A stretch of 64,000 nt of DNA, taken from Podospora anserina (lineage: Eukaryota). The translations under genes and the position numbers were made by a program. How positions within the stretch are numbered: position 1 is the first letter of the stretch; each line of letters begins with the position of its first letter. Location of the stretch: the NCBI GenBank assembly GCA_017654855.1, contig CM030332.1, forward strand, positions 5,394,001-5,458,000, in the 5' to 3' direction. Below are positions 63,638-64,000 of the stretch, piece after piece. Under the pieces are notes generated by a model. It searched no databases. It saw only the letters and a program-made list of their open reading frames with translations, and was not told the DNA's origin.

Positions 63638-64000
63638 AAAGCCTCCAGAAGTAGCGATTATTCTGTAAAGCGATAGTTTTGGGAGTTTACGAACAAGTCG
63701 GGATCATTGGGGCCTGGAAAGGCGCAGGTCCTCCTTGAACTTCGTCTAGTGTTTAGAGATAATAGCAAGAGCGCTTAACCCGCTAGTCATCAGCACATAG
63801 TATCGTTTTGGTGCTGTCACGGTCGTGCACACTGATTACCACCAACATCTCAATCTACCCCTGAGGCAGACCCCACCAAAGTAAACAAAGCAGTGTTCCA
63901 CCACCCCGATCATCGCCTGCATGCATCAGGTGGCAAGGAAAACAGACGATACCATAAGATCAAAGGTCAAAATGTTGGGCAGACGGAAAAAGAAACTACA

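Overview
Filamentous ascomycete (Sordariales-like; a Podospora-type genome is my guess from gene style, not proven) euchromatic window with short GT-AG introns. From ~14.9 to 59.4 kb it is mostly housekeeping genes: PBS2 MAPKK, ECM3/PILS-like transporter, PNPOx-like FMN protein, MCC alpha, SUR7, MET1-like siroheme synthase, RHO3, CWC25, CSN2, otubain, LIP2, RSM22, a thioredoxin and a SPOUT methyltransferase. The two ends look accessory. At 2-14.3 kb lie two divergent 5S rRNA genes bracketing a cutinase, then a 7-exon fungal NLR (alpha/beta-hydrolase-NACHT-ankyrin, degenerate Walker B, polyQ tail), a divergent Ysa1-like Nudix hydrolase and a DUF6601-like membrane protein. This trio is the best candidate for an undescribed immune/signalling cassette, on adjacency alone. 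At 61.8-63.6 kb lie a third 5S variant and a 4-exon Cys-rich orphan gene that the ORF track fragments. No transposon, tRNA or CRISPR array was recognised. All calls are by eye; no database search was run.
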